Origin: an uncultured Burkholderiales Genera incertae sedis bacterium
Lineage (GTDB): Bacteria > Pseudomonadota > Gammaproteobacteria > Burkholderiales > Eutrophovitaceae
Reading direction: 5' to 3'
Length of the DNA: 62,552 nt
Assembly (NCBI GenBank): GCA_905478365.1
Contig: CAJQIK010000038.1
Span: 1 to 62,552, forward strand
Every line of letters starts with the position of its first letter. Positions within the stretch are counted from its first letter, which is position 1. Shown piece by piece: positions 46,831-56,551 of this stretch. Under the pieces are notes generated by a model, which was given only the letters and a program-made list of their open reading frames with translations, did not search any database and was not told the origin of the DNA. A program made the position numbers and the translations under genes.

Positions 46831-47973
46831 TTAGAAGTACAACCGTTTTGCTACTTCCTCCAACATGACCTCTGTTGCTCCGCCACCTATGGCAAGCACT
46901 CGGGCATCACGTACAAGGCGCTCAATTGGACTTTCCTTCATATACCCCATACCACCAAAAAACTGTTGGCACGAATAAACGACTTCATTAACTAACTCAC
47001 CTGTGAGCGCCTTTAACATCGACACTTCTCGAACACACTCTTTCTTCTCATTAACAAGCCATGCACAGTGATATAGCAGGGCTCTAGCCGCCTCAGTTTT
47101 TGATGCCAGCATAGCTAAACGCTGACGTATGACTTGTTTATCATAGAGGACGCCACCGAAAGCTTTTCGCTGTTTTGTCCATTCTGTTGTCAGTCTCAAT
47201 GCAGTTAATGCATGTCCAATAGCCATCGCCCCAAGCGCGATACGCTCAATTTGAAAATTACTCATGACCGCGTAAAACCCCTGGTTCTCCTCTCCCAAAA
47301 GATTCGCTGCTGGGACACGACAATTATCAAAAATTAATTCAGCTGTGTCAGATGAGCACCAACCTTGCTTATCTAACTTACGACCAACCGTAAATCCTGG
47401 CGTCCCCTTTTCCACGATAAACATTGAAATTCCGCGAGAACCTTTTGCCTCGGAGTCAGTTTTAGCCGCTATAAAATATAGATCTGCATTAACTCCATTA
47501 GTAATGAACATTTTTGAGCCGTTCAAAACCCAATCGCCGCCATCACGTCGCGCTGTTGTTCTGATGCCTGCCACATCTGAACCTGCGTCAGGCTCTGAGA
47601 TTCCAACAGCCGTGATTAGCTCACCTGAAATAGCTCCAGGCAAATAAGCTTTAATCTGCTCAGGGTTTCCGGCATGAATTAGGTGCGGTGAAGCCATATC
47701 CGTATGGACTAGAACGGTTACGATAAATCCACCAAAAGTGGACATTGATAACGCTTCTTGAAAGACAACGGAGGTCAAAAAATCTGTCTCCGCTCCGCCA
47801 TATTCACTGGGATATGTCATCCCCAACCAACCGAGCTGCCCCATCTTGCGCAACACCTCTTTTGGCGTATATCCCTGCTCCTCCCATTTAAGACCGTGAG
47901 GCTCTACTTCACGCTCGAGGAAACGAGCGACTTGCTCACGTAATACATCATGCTCAGGAGTTGTGTAAATCAT
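46831..47973 (-). CDS. liuA: Acyl-CoA dehydrogenase with IVD-type catalytic-base arrangement, probable isovaleryl-CoA dehydrogenase
   Basis: 380 aa with ISEPDAGSDVAG. Gly occupies the MCAD-Glu376-equivalent position (LAIGGGATEVM), and Glu occupies the IVD-Glu254-equivalent helix-G position (FQIERIALGAMAIG). It lies between liuB and liuC. Confidence 0.7.
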   Translation of the reverse strand: MIYTTPEHDVLREQVARFLEREVEPHGLKWEEQGYTPKEVLRKMGQLGWLGMTYPSEYGGAETDFLTSVVFQEALSMSTFGGFIVTVLVHTDMASPHLIHAGNPEQIKAYLPGAISGELITAVGISEPDAGSDVAGIRTTARRDGGDWVLNGSKMFITNGVNADLYFIAAKTDSEAKGSRGISMFIVEKGTPGFTVGRKLDKQGWCSSDTAELIFDNCRVPAANLLGEENQGFYAVMSNFQIERIALGAMAIGHALTALRLTTEWTKQRKAFGGVLYDKQVIRQRLAMLASKTEAARALLYHCAWLVNEKKECVREVSMLKALTGELVNEVVYSCQQFFGGMGYMKESPIERLVRDARVLAIGGGATEVMLEEVAKRLYF

Positions 47974-47985
47974 AATTACCTTTCG

Positions 47986-49593
47986 TTACATTCGAAATAC
48001 GCCAAATCGAGTTTCGGTAATAGGCGCATTTAACGCCGCCGAAATCGCAAGGCTTAAGACATTACGGGTTTGCGCCGGATCGATTACGCCGTCGTCCCAA
48101 AGACGTGCCGTGGCATAATAAGGGTGTCCTTGGCGTTCATATTGATCGATTAATGGACGCCTAAATGCCTCCTCATCATCAGGTGACCAGGACTGTCCGG
48201 AGCGCTCTAGGGCATCTCGTTTTACCGTGGATAATACGCTCGCCGCCTGCTCGCCGCCCATTATGGAAATTCGAGCATTAGGCCACATCCACAAAAATCT
48301 CGGTGAATAGGCTCTACCACACATACCGTAGTTTCCTGCGCCAAAGCTGCCACCAATAATCACTGTAAACTTCGGCACTTTGGCCGTTGCAACTGCAGTT
48401 ACTAGCTTGGCTCCATCCTTCGCTATTCCTCCAGATTCATATTTTTGACCCACCATAAAGCCAGTAATATTTTGCAGAAAAACTAACGGAATTTTACGCT
48501 GGCAGCATAGCTCAATAAAATGCGCACCCTTGAGCGAAGACTCAGAAAATAAAATACCGTTGTTCGCTATTATGCCTACCGGATATCCGTTGATTCGGGC
48601 AAAACCCGTTACTAAGGTGGTTCCGTATAACGCCTTGAATTCATCAAACTCACTACCATCAACAATACGTGCGATTATCTCCCGTACATCATAAGGTTTC
48701 CGTGAATCTTTAGGTATCACACCGTATATTTCTTCAGCCGCGTAAAGAGGCTTGACGGGAGGTATTACCTTCAACCCAACCAATTTGGTTCGATTTAGAT
48801 TTCGAACAATAGTCCTCACTGTTTCAAGAGCATGCTGGTCGTTTTGCGCATAGTGATCGACAACACCAGACGTTCTCGCATGAACATCGGCTCCCCCGAG
48901 ATCCTCTGCGCTCACCTCTTCCCCTGTAGCCGCCTTGACCAACGGCGGTCCCCCGAGAAAAATGGTTCCCTGTTGTTTGACGATTACCGATTCATCTGAC
49001 ATCGCAGGGACATAAGCCCCACCGGCCGTACAAGATCCCATAACACATGCGATCTGAGGAATTCCTTGGGACGACATATTTGCTTGATTAAAAAATATCC
49101 GGCCAAAATGTTCTCGATCTGCAAAAATCTCATCTTGATTAGGAAGATTACCTCCGCCAGAATCCACTAGATAAATGCAAGGTAAATTATTTTGCTGGGC
49201 AATTTCTTGTGCTCTTAGATGTTTTTTTACAGTCATAGGAAAATAAGTTCCTCCCTTAACCGTCGCATCATTGGCGACGATCACGCACTCGACTCCAGAG
49301 ATAAGACCAATACCGGTCACCATTCCAGCTGAAGGAACTGCATCGTCATACATACCGTAAGCCGCAAGTTGGGAGAGTTCTAAAAACGGAGCGCCATCGT
49401 CAAGCAAAAGATCAATACGCTCACGTGGCAGCAATTTACCTCTCGCCAAATGTTTTGCTCGAGCCGACTCAGATCCACCACCATAAACTTCTTCATATCT
49501 TTGCTTTAGGTCTTTGACCAGCGCTTCCATCGATTTACTACTCGCGATGAAGTCTTCAGATCGAACGTTTACTCTTGTTTTAATTTTACTCAT
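47986..49593 (-). CDS. liuB: 3-methylcrotonyl-CoA carboxylase beta (carboxyltransferase) subunit
   Basis: 535 aa with two crotonase-like CT halves ([32 protein letters not shown]) and the MCC-beta-typical C-terminus FGVFRM. Confidence 0.9.
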   Translation of the reverse strand: MSKIKTRVNVRSEDFIASSKSMEALVKDLKQRYEEVYGGGSESARAKHLARGKLLPRERIDLLLDDGAPFLELSQLAAYGMYDDAVPSAGMVTGIGLISGVECVIVANDATVKGGTYFPMTVKKHLRAQEIAQQNNLPCIYLVDSGGGNLPNQDEIFADREHFGRIFFNQANMSSQGIPQIACVMGSCTAGGAYVPAMSDESVIVKQQGTIFLGGPPLVKAATGEEVSAEDLGGADVHARTSGVVDHYAQNDQHALETVRTIVRNLNRTKLVGLKVIPPVKPLYAAEEIYGVIPKDSRKPYDVREIIARIVDGSEFDEFKALYGTTLVTGFARINGYPVGIIANNGILFSESSLKGAHFIELCCQRKIPLVFLQNITGFMVGQKYESGGIAKDGAKLVTAVATAKVPKFTVIIGGSFGAGNYGMCGRAYSPRFLWMWPNARISIMGGEQAASVLSTVKRDALERSGQSWSPDDEEAFRRPLIDQYERQGHPYYATARLWDDGVIDPAQTRNVLSLAISAALNAPITETRFGVFRM

Positions 49594-50006
49594 TTCGATA
49601 CAGATTCAGAGCGTTGAGAAATGGGTCCGCCAGCTTTTTTCCAACTACTAAAACCGCCCTCAATATGAACAACATTTTGCAGTCCCATGTCTTGAACTGA
49701 CTTAGCTGCCAAAGCAGAGCGCCAAGCGGAGGCACAGTAAAAATAAAAGGTTTTTCCACTACCAAAAATATCCTTATAGTATGGACTGTCGGGGTCAACC
49801 CAAAACTCGATCATACCTCTAGGTGCATGAAAGGCGCCAGGAATCATGCCTTCTCGCTCTAACTCCCGCACATCTCTCAAATCGACGAATATCGTATTGG
49901 GATCATCCAGTTTAGCAACAGCATCATTTACGGGTACCGTTTTAATCTCTTTGTTCGCCTCCGCGACCAAATCTTTTACGCCTTTTTTCATCGTCACTGT
50001 GAGCAC
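49590..50006 (-). CDS. Single-domain rhodanese (sulfurtransferase-like)
   Basis: 138 aa with the active-site loop FYCASAWRS (C-x4-R-S/T). The stop overlaps the liuB start (ATGA). Confidence 0.8.
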   Translation of the reverse strand: MLTVTMKKGVKDLVAEANKEIKTVPVNDAVAKLDDPNTIFVDLRDVRELEREGMIPGAFHAPRGMIEFWVDPDSPYYKDIFGSGKTFYFYCASAWRSALAAKSVQDMGLQNVVHIEGGFSSWKKAGGPISQRSESVSK

Positions 50007-50009
50007 TTT

Positions 50010-50636
50010 CTAAAAACCGCCAGTTTTCAGCCATTCGCGTACTTGCTCAAGACGATCTGAGCCCCAAAAAGGCTCATCATCAACGATGATGAACGGAGAC
50101 CCGAAAACACCCTTTTTTATTGCCAATTCGCACTCATCTTTCAAGCGTGCTTTGATCTTTTCATCTTGGGTTACCGCAATCAATTCGTCCTCAGATCCCT
50201 TAATTGAAGAAATGACTTTTGCCGCGATTTCTGGGGAAGAAATATCTAAACCTTCTACAAAGTAGGCCTGATACAACCTAAGAATCGCCTCTTCTTGTCT
50301 TTCTGGAGCAATATCTTGTAACCAATAAATCAGCCGACAAGGTGCCTGGCTACTGATTGGAAATTTTTCTGGTTGCTTATAAGGAATATCCCATAGCCTC
50401 GAAGTTCGCTCCATATCTTTTTTTGAGTAATCACCCTTCAAAGGAACCATTGGCAAAGGTACGCCGCCTGTTACCTTCAGAGCAGCGCCAATCATAAATG
50501 GCTTCCAAGAGATCTCTCGGTCAAACTCTTCGCCAATTGCCCCAATTTTTGTTGCTGCAAAGTAGCCAAACGGTGAAGAGAAATCAAAATAAAATTCAAT
50601 TGCGTTACTCGCCATATCTAACCCCTTATTAATCAA
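50010..50636 (-). CDS. 2-hydroxychromene-2-carboxylate isomerase / DsbA-like (kappa-GST-like) family protein
   Basis: 208 aa. IEFYFDFSSPFGYFA at the N-terminus and GVFGSPFIIVDDEPFWGSDRL near the C-terminus are the family hallmarks. Confidence 0.75.
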   Translation of the reverse strand: MINKGLDMASNAIEFYFDFSSPFGYFAATKIGAIGEEFDREISWKPFMIGAALKVTGGVPLPMVPLKGDYSKKDMERTSRLWDIPYKQPEKFPISSQAPCRLIYWLQDIAPERQEEAILRLYQAYFVEGLDISSPEIAAKVISSIKGSEDELIAVTQDEKIKARLKDECELAIKKGVFGSPFIIVDDEPFWGSDRLEQVREWLKTGGF

Positions 50637-50655
50637 TTAATCCAATCTGTAGCCA

Positions 50656-51846
50656 TTATAAATTTTCCATTTCTAAAGCGACCGCAGTTGCCTCGCCGCC
50701 ACCGATACACAGAGATGCTACACCTCTTCGCCCTCCCGACTTCCGTAGTGCTCCGATTAACGTCACCAATACTCTCGCGCCAGAGGCACCGATCGGATGG
50801 CCAAGTGCACATGCTCCCCCATGCACGTTAACCTTTTTATGATTAAGTTTATGCTCTTTCATGGCGACCATGGGTACGACAGCGAAAGCCTCATTTATTT
50901 CAAATAAATCTATGTCGTTCACGGACCAGCCTGTTTTGACAAAAATCTTTTCCAGCGCGCCGACTGGAGCTGTCGTAAAAAGTCCTGGCTCTTGAGCGTG
51001 TGTCGAATGTCCGACTACTCGGGCCAGAGGCTTAACCCCCAGCTCAGTTGCCGTTTTTCGAGCCATCAATACCAACGCCGCTGCGCCATCAGATATTGAG
51101 CTCGAATTTGCCGCTGTAACAGTCCCGTCTTGTTTAAAAGCGGGCCTGAGGTTTGGTATTTTTGTCAGGTCAGCGATAAATGGCTGTTCGTCGCGATTGA
51201 CCGTTGCTTCACCTTTGCCTCTTTTAACGGTTACCGGAACAATCTCCCAATCGAATGAGCCATTTTCATTCGATTGTTTAGCGCGCTCTAAAGAAGCAAT
51301 AGCAAACGCATCTTGTTCCTCTCTAGAAAATTTATATATCTCAGCACAATCTTCTGCATAGGCGCCCATCAACCGTCCCTTATCATAAGCATCCTCGAGC
51401 CCATCAAGAAACATGTGGTCCTGAGCCTCCTGATGTCCTAATCGGTAGCCTGATCTCGCGCGAGGCAAAAGGTAAGGGGCATTGGTCATGCTTTCCATTC
51501 CCCCAGCAACTACAATGTTGGCGCTTCCTGCCGCGATTAGATCATGAGTCAACATCATCGCCTTCATACCTGAGCCACACATCTTGTTGATCGTTGTGCA
51601 CCCAGCAGCAAGCGGTAACCCAGCACCCAGGGAGGCCTGCCTCGCTGGCGCCTGCCCTTGCCCGGCTGGAAGAACGCAACCCATCACGACCTCCTCTATC
51701 GAATTGGCAGAGAGGTTGGCGCGATCGACAGCAGCATTAATAGCGAACGCCCCTAATTGTGCAGCGGTTAATCCCTTAAATACGCCCTGAAAACTACCCA
51801 TGGGTGTACGCGCTACGGAGACAATCACCACATCATTTTCATTCAT
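50656..51846 (-). CDS. Acetyl-CoA C-acetyltransferase (thiolase II)
   Basis: 396 aa with the acyl-Cys NKMCGSGMKA, NVHGGACALGHPIGASG and the C-terminal CIGGGEA. Confidence 0.9.
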   Translation of the reverse strand: MNENDVVIVSVARTPMGSFQGVFKGLTAAQLGAFAINAAVDRANLSANSIEEVVMGCVLPAGQGQAPARQASLGAGLPLAAGCTTINKMCGSGMKAMMLTHDLIAAGSANIVVAGGMESMTNAPYLLPRARSGYRLGHQEAQDHMFLDGLEDAYDKGRLMGAYAEDCAEIYKFSREEQDAFAIASLERAKQSNENGSFDWEIVPVTVKRGKGEATVNRDEQPFIADLTKIPNLRPAFKQDGTVTAANSSSISDGAAALVLMARKTATELGVKPLARVVGHSTHAQEPGLFTTAPVGALEKIFVKTGWSVNDIDLFEINEAFAVVPMVAMKEHKLNHKKVNVHGGACALGHPIGASGARVLVTLIGALRKSGGRRGVASLCIGGGEATAVALEMENL

Positions 51847-52078
51847 TTTTTTCTCGCCCTCATGATTAATAACCTACCCCCGTCCAAACTTCACTGCGTT
51901 CTCGGAAAAGTCTTTTAGCAGCTGCAATTGCTTAATAACCCCAGATTATAATACGTGAGGATTCGAAATCTTTTTATGTCGGTTTGCCTATCACGCGTAA
52001 CGCCAGCCTCTCTATATAATAGGATGGCTTATTTACCCAAATAACAATGGCATTAGCGCCAGCTACTCGATAATTTAT

Positions 52079-53119
52079 ATGACTCTCAAAGCATCGCCAC
52101 TATCCTTCCCTTTCAGTTCAACGCCCGCCATAGGAATCCCGTCTCCGATAAGAAAAGGAATAGACTGGTGTCGCCATCAGCTGCCATTCGCCCTAGATCA
52201 CATTAACACCTGGCTAATTGAAGACAGTGGGAGCATAGTCATCGTCGACACAGGAATCGCTGATGACATAAGTCAGGCGGGCTGGGAAAAAATCTTAGGT
52301 GGCGAGCAAAGAAGCTCTGAAATCTCAAAAATTGTTATAACCCATGCCCACCCAGATCACATCGGTAATGCCAGCTGGTTGCATCACCGAACGAAAGCAT
52401 CCGTATGGATGACTCAGTCCGAGTTTCTAACTGCTCAAGCTGTTTTTGAAAAAAGTCCGTCACATTCCACAACTTCTATCGGTGCCTTATTTCGACAGCA
52501 CGGACTTCCAGCGAACGACTGTGGTTCTGTTGCTGAAAAAGGTGACCACTACGAAAAGCTTGTTGGATCACTTCCTCCTTCTTTCATTAAAATTTCAGAA
52601 GGTGATCGATTAAATATCGGAAACAATTCCTGGCAGACTATTTTGGGCAGCGGACACTCTCCGGAACATCTATCTCTTTACTGCGAAGAGGAAAATATTC
52701 TCATTTCGGGTGATATGTTATTACCTAAAATTTCCACAAATGTAGCTGTGTGGCCACACAGTCCAGATGGGAATCCGTTAAAGGAATTTTTAATATCTAT
52801 TGATTCTTTTAACCACTTACCGGCAGACGTTCTGGTACTTCCATCACACGGTTTGCCGTTCGTAGGCGCACATCAGAGAGTTAAAGAATTACAAATTCAT
52901 CATGAAGAACGATTAAATCAAATACTCTCTGTTTGTCATGAGCCTAAAAGTGCATTTCAAATTCTCCCTACGCTCTTCGAGAGGGAGCTCGATGCTTATC
53001 AACTATTTTTCGCAATGGGTGAATCTATCGCTCATTTAAATTATTTGTGTTGGGAAGGGGAAGTTCAAAAGCAAGAAAGCGCAACAGATCAAGGCGTTGT
53101 AAACTTTATTAAACAATAA
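52079..53119 (+). CDS. MBL-fold metallo-hydrolase
   Basis: 346 aa with HxHxDH as ITHAHPDH and later GSGHSPEH and PSHG ligand motifs. Confidence 0.8.
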   Translation: MTLKASPLSFPFSSTPAIGIPSPIRKGIDWCRHQLPFALDHINTWLIEDSGSIVIVDTGIADDISQAGWEKILGGEQRSSEISKIVITHAHPDHIGNASWLHHRTKASVWMTQSEFLTAQAVFEKSPSHSTTSIGALFRQHGLPANDCGSVAEKGDHYEKLVGSLPPSFIKISEGDRLNIGNNSWQTILGSGHSPEHLSLYCEEENILISGDMLLPKISTNVAVWPHSPDGNPLKEFLISIDSFNHLPADVLVLPSHGLPFVGAHQRVKELQIHHEERLNQILSVCHEPKSAFQILPTLFERELDAYQLFFAMGESIAHLNYLCWEGEVQKQESATDQGVVNFIKQ

Positions 53120-53129
53120 ATCGTGAGCT

Positions 53130-53789
53130 ATGAATTCAAAACAGACTGTAAGCCGAGAGATTATCCGAACAGCCATCTCGATGAACACGCTAGGAATTAA
53201 TCGTGGAACATCGGGAAACGTTAGCGCTCGACATGCGAAAGGATGCTTGATAACACCGTCTGGCCTGAGCTACGAAGAGACTAAACCTAAAGATATTGTT
53301 TACGTAGACGAAGAAGGGGCGCCCCATGGGTTGCATGCGCCATCGACTGAGTGGCGATTTCATCATGACATTTATCGCAATCGTTCAGACGTAGGAGCAA
53401 TTGTCCACACACATTCTAATTTTGCAGTCTCCCTCTCATGTCTTGGAAAAGAAATCCCCTCTTTCCACTACATGGTCGCAATCTGTGGTGGCGAGAATAT
53501 ACGCTGCGCACCTTACGCAACTTTTGGTACACAAAAGCTCTCGGATCACGCGATTTTAGCGCTTGTAGACCGTAAGGCTTGTTTGCTCGAGAACCATGGA
53601 ATGATTTGCGTTGAAGAAACGCTTGAGAAGGCACTAAATCTCGCCGTTGAAGTGGAAGCATTATGTGAGCAATACTGGCGTGCATTGCAGATTGGAAAAC
53701 CAAAAAAATTATCCAAAAAAGAAATGCAGACTGTATTGAAAAAATTTCGCACCTACGGCCAAGTCAAAAAACCAAATCATATTCAGTGA
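53130..53789 (+). CDS. Class II aldolase/adducin-family protein
   Basis: 219 aa with GTSGNVSAR, metal ligands in AIVHTHS and ENHGMICV. Confidence 0.8.
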   Translation: MNSKQTVSREIIRTAISMNTLGINRGTSGNVSARHAKGCLITPSGLSYEETKPKDIVYVDEEGAPHGLHAPSTEWRFHHDIYRNRSDVGAIVHTHSNFAVSLSCLGKEIPSFHYMVAICGGENIRCAPYATFGTQKLSDHAILALVDRKACLLENHGMICVEETLEKALNLAVEVEALCEQYWRALQIGKPKKLSKKEMQTVLKKFRTYGQVKKPNHIQ

Positions 53790-53806
53790 GATAGAAACGA
53801 CGCAGC

Positions 53807-55624
53807 ATGAAAAAAGGTCCGGCTCAAAAAGCTATTGATGAGAACTCAAATTTAGAGGATCTTTGGCAAGAGATTTTTCAAAAAACTATTGATCTTAGTC
53901 AGTCTTATTATACCTACGGCATAAAAACTGCCGAAAAACAGATGACTGACGATTACGGCATCCATAAAGCATTTACATCCCTGTCAGAGCAACTGCTATC
54001 AGATCCAGAAAAACTGTCAAATTCAACCACCCAATTCTGGGAGGAACAACTCAACCTATGGGAAAAATGGATTAATAGTGATCCGACGGTGGTCAAAAAA
54101 CCGGATATTGAAAAAGTTGATTCTAGATTTAGAAGTAAGCTGTGGGACACATGGCTCTTTGACTACGTCAGAAACGCGTACTTACTAACAGCTGAGCATT
54201 TACAAAAAACGGTAAATGACATCGACTCTCTTGACGAGCGTACGGCCCGTAAAGTTAAGTTTTTCACGAAACAGTACGTGGATGCCATGTCTCCTACAAA
54301 TTTTGCTGCGCTCAATCCTGACGTTCTAAAAGCAACTGTCGACAGTAATGGTGGAAATCTGCTGTCTGGACTTAACAACCTTCTAGATGACCTGAAGAAA
54401 GGTAAAGGCGAACTAGCCATTAAAATGGTAGACCCAAACGCCTTCGAACTTGGTAAAGACGTAGCGACAACTGACGGAAAAGTTGTGTATCAAAATGAAT
54501 TAATGCAGCTTATTCAGTATCAACCCACCACCAAGTCTGTTTTAGAAACACCACTACTCATAATTCCCCCGTGGATCAACAAGTACTACATCCTAGATCT
54601 AACACCACGTAACTCATTCATCAAATGGGCCATTGATCAAGGGCATACTGTATTTGTCATCTCATGGGTTAATCCAGACGCGCGTCACGCACACAAAACA
54701 TTCGATGACTATCTAGTAGAGGGCCCTCTTGCCGCGTTAGACGTTATCGATAAACGATGCAAAACGAATACCACGAATCTAGTCGGATATTGTTTGGGTG
54801 GGACGCTAACGGCAGTGCTTTTGGGATGGCTAAAATCCAATAAGCAAGAGAAGAGGGTTAACAGTACAACCTTCTTCACCTCGATGATTGACTTTAACGA
54901 ACCTGGGGAGCTAGGGGTTTTTGTGGACCCCGAGGGTGTTGACGCGTTAGAAAAACGTATGGCTTCTAAGGGATACTTAGAAGCCTCGGAAATGGCCTCT
55001 ACATTTAATATGCTGCGATCGAATGATTTAATTTGGTCATTTGTCGTTAATAATTACTTGTTAGGAAAAGACCCTGTGCCTTTTGATTTACTGTTTTGGA
55101 ATTCTGATGCCACTCGGATGCCTGCAAAAATGCACTCTTACTATTTGCGAAATATGTACATTCACAATAAACTTCGCGAGCCCAAGGGCTTGACCATCGC
55201 AGGCAGATCCATCGACCTTTCTACCGTCACTACGCCATGTTATTTTATTTCTGCAAAAGATGATCACATAGCTCCCTGGAAATCCACTTTTGCTGGCGCT
55301 AAACTTTTTGGCGGTAAAGTGAGATTCGTCCTTGGTGGATCCGGGCATATTGCTGGGATCGTCAATCCTCCTGTGGCAAATAAATACTGCTTTTGGGCGA
55401 ATGACGAACTAACTCACGAGGCGGAGAGTTGGCTTCAAAATGCGGACAGGTTTGACGGATCTTGGTGGAGTGATTGGTCGGTTTGGATCTCCTCTCAAGG
55501 AAGCCGAACCGTAAATGCCAGAAAAATTAGAAATAATCGCACAAATCCGTTTGAAGACGCGCCAGGGTCTTACGCTAAACTCAGACTCGACTCACCCCAA
55601 GACGGGCAATTGAAATCTCTCTGA
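53807..55624 (+). CDS. phaC: Class I poly(3-hydroxyalkanoate) synthase
   Basis: 605 aa with the lipase-like box GYCLGG containing the catalytic Cys, PPWINKYYILDL, the FNxLRxNDLIW region (FNMLRSNDLIW), and the DDHIAP and GSGHIAG catalytic Asp/His regions. Confidence 0.9.
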   Translation: MKKGPAQKAIDENSNLEDLWQEIFQKTIDLSQSYYTYGIKTAEKQMTDDYGIHKAFTSLSEQLLSDPEKLSNSTTQFWEEQLNLWEKWINSDPTVVKKPDIEKVDSRFRSKLWDTWLFDYVRNAYLLTAEHLQKTVNDIDSLDERTARKVKFFTKQYVDAMSPTNFAALNPDVLKATVDSNGGNLLSGLNNLLDDLKKGKGELAIKMVDPNAFELGKDVATTDGKVVYQNELMQLIQYQPTTKSVLETPLLIIPPWINKYYILDLTPRNSFIKWAIDQGHTVFVISWVNPDARHAHKTFDDYLVEGPLAALDVIDKRCKTNTTNLVGYCLGGTLTAVLLGWLKSNKQEKRVNSTTFFTSMIDFNEPGELGVFVDPEGVDALEKRMASKGYLEASEMASTFNMLRSNDLIWSFVVNNYLLGKDPVPFDLLFWNSDATRMPAKMHSYYLRNMYIHNKLREPKGLTIAGRSIDLSTVTTPCYFISAKDDHIAPWKSTFAGAKLFGGKVRFVLGGSGHIAGIVNPPVANKYCFWANDELTHEAESWLQNADRFDGSWWSDWSVWISSQGSRTVNARKIRNNRTNPFEDAPGSYAKLRLDSPQDGQLKSL

Positions 55625-55702
55625 TCGCGACAAAAATCAACTAAACAGAAGAATAAATAGTGACCGTTATGCGGAAGAACAGAGGGATGTCCCGTCTATC
55701 CC

Positions 55703-55727
55703 TATATATCGATTTTATCGATATATA
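55703..55727. repeat. Perfect 11-bp inverted repeat TATATATCGAT-TTT-ATCGATATATA (candidate operator)
   Basis: Read directly from the sequence. The arms are 55703-55713 and 55717-55727. It lies about 90 nt upstream of the Prx5-Grx ATG in an AT-rich stretch. Confidence 0.5.
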
Positions 55728-55745
55728 TATATTTATTAATTAATT

Positions 55746-55755
55746 AGATCGATCT
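55746..55755. repeat. 10-bp palindrome AGATCGATCT, followed by a related TAGATCGG copy
   Basis: Read directly from the sequence. It shares the ATCGAT core with the inverted repeat 20 nt upstream. A partial copy lies at about 55761-55768. Confidence 0.45.
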
Positions 55756-55816
55756 TTTATAGATCGGCATAATACGCTTCGAGTTTAATCAGCAATCAAC
55801 AGAACAGGACTACAAC

Positions 55817-56551
55817 ATGCAACTTAAAAACTTTGAGGGACAAAAGATCCCTGCAGTCAGCTTTAAAACTCGAGAAAACGACGATTGGAAAACCATCAAC
55901 AGCCATGAGATCTTCAACAATAGAACAGTCGTCGCGTTTTCACTTCCTGGAGCCTTCACGCCAACCTGCTCTTCGACTCATCTACCGCGATACAACGAAC
56001 TAGCACCAGCGTTTTTTCAAAACGGCGTAGATGAAATTGTCTGCCTCTCCGTTAACGACGCGTTTGTCATGAATGAGTGGGCAAAAGATCAAGAGTCTGA
56101 AAACATACTTCTTTTACCGGATGGAAACGGCGAATTCTCTGAAAAACTCGGTATGCTTGTGGACAAGACTGATCTTGGGTTTGGGAAACGCTCTTGGAGA
56201 TACTCGATGCTAGTAAGGAGTGGTGTAGTCGAAAAAACATTCATCGAACCTAATGTTCCAGGAGATCCATTTGAAGTATCCGATGCGGACACAATGCTTA
56301 ACTACCTAAATCCGCAAGCTCAAAAGCCAGATCAAATAGCCATTCTCACGAGGGAAGGTTGCTCTTTTTGCTCTCAAGCGAAAGAGGATCTGACCAAAGC
56401 AGGCCTCGATTATGTTGAGCTGCCACTAACCCACCAAGCGCGCAGTAGAGTTGTCGGCGCAATAACCGGGGCGGGAACCGTTCCACAAATTTTTATCAAT
56501 GGGAAACATATAGGTGACGGGGAAGCATTGAAGAAATATCTGAGAGACTAG
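55817..56551 (+). CDS. Hybrid peroxiredoxin (Prx5-type) fused to glutaredoxin
   Basis: 244 aa with the Prx5 peroxidatic site PGAFTPTCS in the N-terminal ~160 aa and a C-terminal glutaredoxin with REGCSFCSQAK (CxxC) and TVPQIFINGKHIGD. Confidence 0.9.
   Translation: MQLKNFEGQKIPAVSFKTRENDDWKTINSHEIFNNRTVVAFSLPGAFTPTCSSTHLPRYNELAPAFFQNGVDEIVCLSVNDAFVMNEWAKDQESENILLLPDGNGEFSEKLGMLVDKTDLGFGKRSWRYSMLVRSGVVEKTFIEPNVPGDPFEVSDADTMLNYLNPQAQKPDQIAILTREGCSFCSQAKEDLTKAGLDYVELPLTHQARSRVVGAITGAGTVPQIFINGKHIGDGEALKKYLRD

Noticed and set aside
55669-55743. 24-aa ORF (MRKNRGMSRLSLYIDFIDIYIFIN) spanning the ATCGAT palindromes
   Set aside because: It has no Shine-Dalgarno sequence. The coding potential is a by-product of AT-rich repeat DNA, so I treat the region as regulatory.
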